From an uncultured Candidatus Planktophila sp. (lineage in GTDB: Bacteria > Actinomycetota > Actinomycetes > Nanopelagicales > Nanopelagicaceae), in NCBI GenBank assembly GCA_964576975.1, contig CAZNWM010000002.1, forward strand, positions 3,811 through 67,810: a DNA stretch of 64,000 bases, written 5' to 3'. Made by a program: the position numbers and the translations under genes. The notes beneath the pieces were generated by a model. The model was not told where the DNA came from, ran no database searches, and saw nothing but the letters and a program-made list of their open reading frames with translations. Shown here piece after piece: positions 59,811-64,000 of the stretch (positions are counted from its first letter, which is position 1; every line of letters starts with the position of its first letter).

Positions 59811-60329
59811 TTAAAGCAATTCCAACGCAGTACACAACCAGCGGTTATCAACACCCTCAAATCGCACTGAAAGTGCACGTAATCTCTCACCGTATCTAAC
59901 TGTGACAACTGATTCGCAAATTCCATCAAGTGGTTCGCTCTGATGAATTGTTCTTAACTTTCCAACTTCTTTCATACTGCCAGCCCTTGCGTGTAATTCT
60001 GTGAAGATCTTTCTATGGCACATTCGAGTGAGTTGAGAAGGAGATCGTCGTCCTGCCCAGATTTCAAGCACACTCACAACAAATCTCATGGTCCACTCGT
60101 GTAACTCTGGAAGATCACTTGCTGAAGTGGGTTGTGGTGAAAACTCTGGATCGTATTCGTCATCAAAGCTAGAGGGAATCAAGTACAGCCGAGCTTTTTG
60201 TTTCTCATGTTCTTCAACAACTGGACGAAACATTTCGAGCATCGGGTGCTGCCAATCTTCGGCTTCGCAGCTTGAAATTTCTGCATATGTAACTGGTTTA
60301 AGTAAGGAAATGCTCTCAATAGTTGTCAT
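59811..60329 (-). CDS. Rv3235-family protein
   Basis: E...GRRS..QL and E..V.V..G.R.RAL..R.E....RW.CTALE signature; start ATG 60329 preferred. Confidence 0.85.
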   Translation of the reverse strand: MTTIESISLLKPVTYAEISSCEAEDWQHPMLEMFRPVVEEHEKQKARLYLIPSSFDDEYDPEFSPQPTSASDLPELHEWTMRFVVSVLEIWAGRRSPSQLTRMCHRKIFTELHARAGSMKEVGKLRTIHQSEPLDGICESVVTVRYGERLRALSVRFEGVDNRWLCTALELL

Positions 60330-60454
60330 GAACAGATGTTGGCGTCCACGAAAGGAAGTTGAAACGGGCAAAGTGATGATGCATTAATCAACTAAAAGTA
60401 TGAATGTGGATTTTCTGGATATGGCTTTGCCTTTATAGCGTTGAGTGCCTGCCT

Positions 60455-61054
60455 ATGGCCACTTATAGAAAAACTTCTCGTTCACGTTTAGTTCTCGCTA
60501 TCGCACTGATTGTTGCATCGCTGCTCAGCGCTTTCATATTTTCATCACTTGCCAATCAGAAGAGCACCATGATTGTTTCTACGACTTTTTTGCTTCCTGG
60601 ACATCAGATAACCCACAGTGATCTGGCCCGAGTACAAGTGACACTCGGCGAAGTTGCCCAGAACTACATCAGTGAGGAATCTGAAATTGTCGGAACTTTC
60701 TCAAAGGTGCGCATAGAAGCGCATGAACTCATTGCACGGACATCAATAACTTCGCAATCTGATTCCATCTCCATAAGTGCGGTACCACTCAGCATTCGAT
60801 CTGCAGATGCGCCTGAAGGGATTACTCCAGGGTCAATTGTTGATATCTACTGGGTGCAAGCAGAAACAAATGGAGAGATTCAATTAATCCCGGAACTCGT
60901 AATAGCAGGAGCACATATTTTGGCAATAACTAAGAGCGGTTCTAATTTTGGAAGTGAAATCGGACTCACGGTAGCTCTGCAATCAGATGACGTACTTTTG
61001 CTTTTAGGTGCAACATCACAAGGTCGTGTAGTTCTTGTGAGCTCTCATGGCTGA
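60455..61054 (+). CDS. SAF-domain (CpaB-like) membrane-anchored protein
   Basis: N-terminal TM, PG.QI...DL..V, and G.IVDIY C-terminal domain; start ATG 60455. Confidence 0.7.
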   Translation: MATYRKTSRSRLVLAIALIVASLLSAFIFSSLANQKSTMIVSTTFLLPGHQITHSDLARVQVTLGEVAQNYISEESEIVGTFSKVRIEAHELIARTSITSQSDSISISAVPLSIRSADAPEGITPGSIVDIYWVQAETNGEIQLIPELVIAGAHILAITKSGSNFGSEIGLTVALQSDDVLLLLGATSQGRVVLVSSHG

Positions 61055-62147
61055 AATTGCACTACCAATAATTGTGACCGCGATTTCAAACTCTGAACAA
61101 GAGAGTTTTGTTGCGGGAACACTCTTTACTCAAGGATGGAGCGTTATCCATCGAGCTGTCGATTTTGAATCTCTTCGTGAGTTTGCCTTAGCTAATCCAG
61201 AACAAGCGAGTTCAGCGCTCCTACTTTATTCACCTGATCTCAATGGTTTTGATAGCCCTTTATTTGAATCTCTCTGCTTAAGCTTTCGACAGGTTATAGG
61301 GTTTGCATCAAGTGTTACTGAACGAAGCATTGATGATGGCCTACATGAGATACCAACTTCAGCGCCTGCTTTAGCTACCTTTATTCGCGGATATGTTCGA
61401 TCGCCATTGATTCGCAAGCTCACACCGTTGCTCCAATCTCAAAAACGCGCCCGCATTATTGCAATTGCCTCTGCTGGTTCGAGCACTGGCGCAAGCACCG
61501 TTGCAATCAATCTTTCTTACGAGCTTTCGCTTCAAAAAAAGAAAGTTTTACTCATAGATGCAAACTTAAGTGAACCGAGCATTGCGATATATCTTGATCA
61601 GCGAAATCTGATCGATGAAGAACAATGGCGGCTTTCATCTCCTCTTATGTACATTAAAGAACTCACTCGAGAGCGAATATCAGAGTTTGATGCTGTCATT
61701 GATAAGGCCCATGCAGAGTTTGATTACATAGTTTTAGATTTAGGAATAGTTCATGATCTCTCTATGCAACTCTCTGATCGGCGTGCAGACTCACTGGTGA
61801 TTACTTGGGCTGGAGATCATGCAGATGAATTATGGATTATTGCCAGGCCGGATCGAATAGGCCAGATGAGATTTAAGAAAATCACAACAATACTCAGTAG
61901 AACCTCCTTAATTTCCTCGATTACATTTGTATTAAACATGCGGACTCACGGAAGAAAAGGTTTAGAAGAAGAGAAAGCCTTTCTGGATGTGGCAACGACT
62001 CACAAGGCAGCGCACTTGTATGTGCTTCCAGCAGATGTGCGCGGCACCTCTGACTCCGCTGAATCGCGAGCGGCCCTTGCAGAGGTAAATGAGCGAGGAG
62101 TTCTGAGAAAAGCGCTGGCGTCAATTGCAAGTGAAATGATTTCCTAA
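61047..62147 (+). CDS. P-loop protein (CpaE/Ssd/MinD-like) with receiver-like N-terminus and degenerate Walker A
   Basis: IIAIASAGSSTGASTVAINL, VLLIDAN and YIVLDLG. Confidence 0.7.
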   Translation: MAEIALPIIVTAISNSEQESFVAGTLFTQGWSVIHRAVDFESLREFALANPEQASSALLLYSPDLNGFDSPLFESLCLSFRQVIGFASSVTERSIDDGLHEIPTSAPALATFIRGYVRSPLIRKLTPLLQSQKRARIIAIASAGSSTGASTVAINLSYELSLQKKKVLLIDANLSEPSIAIYLDQRNLIDEEQWRLSSPLMYIKELTRERISEFDAVIDKAHAEFDYIVLDLGIVHDLSMQLSDRRADSLVITWAGDHADELWIIARPDRIGQMRFKKITTILSRTSLISSITFVLNMRTHGRKGLEEEKAFLDVATTHKAAHLYVLPADVRGTSDSAESRAALAEVNERGVLRKALASIASEMIS

Positions 62148-62166
62148 ACTCTTATACCCTTAGCCA

Positions 62167-62532
62167 ATGCGTGCATATCTAGCTATGACTCTCGATGAAG
62201 TCAGAGATTTTCATGCCCAGGAGAAATTCACTCCAGAAATAGTTTATGCACCGACAATCAAATTCATCACTGAAAATCCTGAGTTAGATGAAGAAGAAGC
62301 AGAGTATGAAATCTCAATGATTGCCGCCCGAAACTCAGGCGGTTATGTCATCGCACTAGAATTATCTGATAAACAAATTGCACAACACTTAGACGAAACC
62401 GTGGTACTCAACCAAGCAATACTCTGGGATAGCGTCGAAGCTCTATTCGTTTATGACGCAAATGACGATGAATTAACTTGGTATGCCACTCAAGAAATTG
62501 GTGATTATCTAAATGCTGCAGGAGCCAAATGA
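62167..62532 (+). CDS. Conserved actinobacterial hypothetical protein (DUF6912-like)
   Basis: MRAYL, DEEEAEY and L.WYATQEI; TACCCT -10 box lies 6 nt upstream. Confidence 0.75.
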   Translation: MRAYLAMTLDEVRDFHAQEKFTPEIVYAPTIKFITENPELDEEEAEYEISMIAARNSGGYVIALELSDKQIAQHLDETVVLNQAILWDSVEALFVYDANDDELTWYATQEIGDYLNAAGAK

Positions 62533-64000
62533 TGGCTCGCTTAGAAGATCTCGTACACGGCCGATCGCCTCTTTCGCCGGCACACATCCATAGAATTCAA
62601 GAACTAGTTGCTGATTGGCAATTACTCGCAGATTTATCTTTTGCTGACCTAGTGCTCTGGGTTCCGCTTCGTAAAGATTTCAAGAGTTGGCCAACAGGAT
62701 ACGTAGCTGTCGCACATATACGCCCAACAACGGCGGCAACGATTTTCACCCACGATGTAATTGGTGATGAGATCGATTGGGGGAGCAAACCACTTATTGA
62801 TCAAGCACTCTCTGATGGTGAAATCATCAGAAACTCCGAACCGGAATTAGTCGGAGAAGTCATGATTAAAGTTGAGACAGTTCCCGTTATTTTCGAATCA
62901 CAAGTAATCGCTGTCATCTCTCGCCACCGAAGTGCTGAGTCAATGCGCACACCAAGTCGACTCGAACTAAATTATCGAGAAATTGCTCATAAGTTGTATG
63001 CAATGGTTTGTGAAGGAACTTTTCCGTACCCAGGTGCACATGCATATTTAGATCCAATTCCACGAGTTGGTGACGGACTCATTCGATTAGATGTAAACGG
63101 AACAATTTCTTATGCCAGCCCAAATGCACGTTCTGCATACAACAGACTTGGCTGGGATAGCGATTTAGAAGGTTGCAATCTTGGAGAAGTCAGCGAGAAG
63201 GTAAACACAAATGTTCTTGAAGCAGATGATCAAGGATTGCGAAGTCGCTTAAGTGGAAAAACTCTACAGCGCGCAGAGTGTGAGAACGAGGGCGGAACAA
63301 TTGATTTAATTGTGCTTCCACTAGTTGCAAAAGGCGATCGCATCGGTGCAATTGTTCTGATTCAAAATGTGACAGAACTTCGCCGCCGTGAGCGAGAAAT
63401 CGTTACCAAGGATGTCACTATTAAAGAGATTCATCACCGCGTGAAGAACAATCTACAAACCGTTTCTGCGTTATTACGTTTACAAGCCCGACGCATCGAA
63501 GATCCAAGTGCAAGTGCTGCGCTGGATGAAGCTGTTCGTCGTATCGCATCTATCGCTTTGGTACACGAAACACTCTCCACAAGTTCGCAGGCCAGTGTGG
63601 AATTTGATCAAGTTCTGGATTCACTTATTACTCATGCATTGGATTTAAGCCCCCGTATGAATGAACTCAAGATTTCGCGAAAAGGTGAAATTGCATCCCT
63701 TGACCCTCGAATTGCAACACCACTTGCTCTCGTAGTTACCGAGTTAATTCACAACGCTCTAGAACATGGCTTAGCAACAACCGGTTCAGGACTTCACATC
63801 AGCATTGATCGTCAGAGCAAAGAGTGCACCATCGAAATCTCTGACGACGGAGTGGGTTTACCAAGTGATTTTGATTTGAACACATCGTCAAACCTTGGAC
63901 TTCAAATTGTAAGAACGCTTACGGAGAATGAACTAAAAGGTTCTATAGAGTTAAAGTCAGCCCAGAATTCGACTGTGGCAAAACTTAGGTTCCCGATTTA
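62529..64000 (+). CDS. pdtaS: Sensor histidine kinase PdtaS (stop codon truncated by window end)
   Basis: Missing from the ORF track. Frame from the ATGA overlap at 62529 reads LVADWQLLADLSFADLVLW, RVGDGLIRL, EIHHRVKNNLQ, ELIHNALEHG, DDGVGLP and NLGLQIV; it ends ...FPI followed by TA. Confidence 0.92.
   Translation, partial: MMARLEDLVHGRSPLSPAHIHRIQELVADWQLLADLSFADLVLWVPLRKDFKSWPTGYVAVAHIRPTTAATIFTHDVIGDEIDWGSKPLIDQALSDGEIIRNSEPELVGEVMIKVETVPVIFESQVIAVISRHRSAESMRTPSRLELNYREIAHKLYAMVCEGTFPYPGAHAYLDPIPRVGDGLIRLDVNGTISYASPNARSAYNRLGWDSDLEGCNLGEVSEKVNTNVLEADDQGLRSRLSGKTLQRAECENEGGTIDLIVLPLVAKGDRIGAIVLIQNVTELRRREREIVTKDVTIKEIHHRVKNNLQTVSALLRLQARRIEDPSASAALDEAVRRIASIALVHETLSTSSQASVEFDQVLDSLITHALDLSPRMNELKISRKGEIASLDPRIATPLALVVTELIHNALEHGLATTGSGLHISIDRQSKECTIEISDDGVGLPSDFDLNTSSNLGLQIVRTLTENELKGSIELKSAQNSTVAKLRFPI

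Overview
Gene-dense, roughly 45% GC (estimated by eye) bacterial chromosome segment with actinobacterial marker genes (whiB, mtrAB, mshB, DUF3117, DUF3107, pdtaS, actinobacterial dapD). Intergenic gaps are tiny and many gene ends overlap. This fits a streamlined freshwater actinobacterium (acI / Nanopelagicales, Ca. Planktophila-like); the taxonomy is an inference. Layout: (1) 1-15.3 kb is a nucleoside uptake and catabolism cluster: ABC transporter, cdd, deoA, add, a coupled cytochrome P450, ribokinase, nucleoside hydrolase, two aldehyde-dehydrogenase genes, deoC, a phosphosugar mutase and PNP. (2) 15.3-23.7 kb holds maf, a degenerate purK, a CoA-binding protein and a cell-wall glycopolymer locus (ugd, LCP, GT2, Wzm/Wzt-type ABC, SpoIID). 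(3) 23.7-46 kb is housekeeping: dapD, LOG, a lone sigma-region-4 protein, pepA, htrA, tatB, mrp, MgtE-like, DEAD helicase, moeZ, mshB, cysS, fdxA, dapC. (4) 46-64 kb is the conserved whiB-manB-ahcY-mtrAB-comF-secA-pdtaS block. I saw no rRNA, tRNA, CRISPR or mobile element. Best leads: a split ALDH16-like pair next to deoC; a P450 and atypical nucleoside hydrolase inside the salvage cluster; an intact but catalytically gutted PurK without purE; a lone sigma-4 protein near the spot where sigE-rseA is missing; a switch-like RBS-sequestering leader before an atypical ahcY; two genes that appear to need non-canonical start codons; and widespread leaderless-type promoters.
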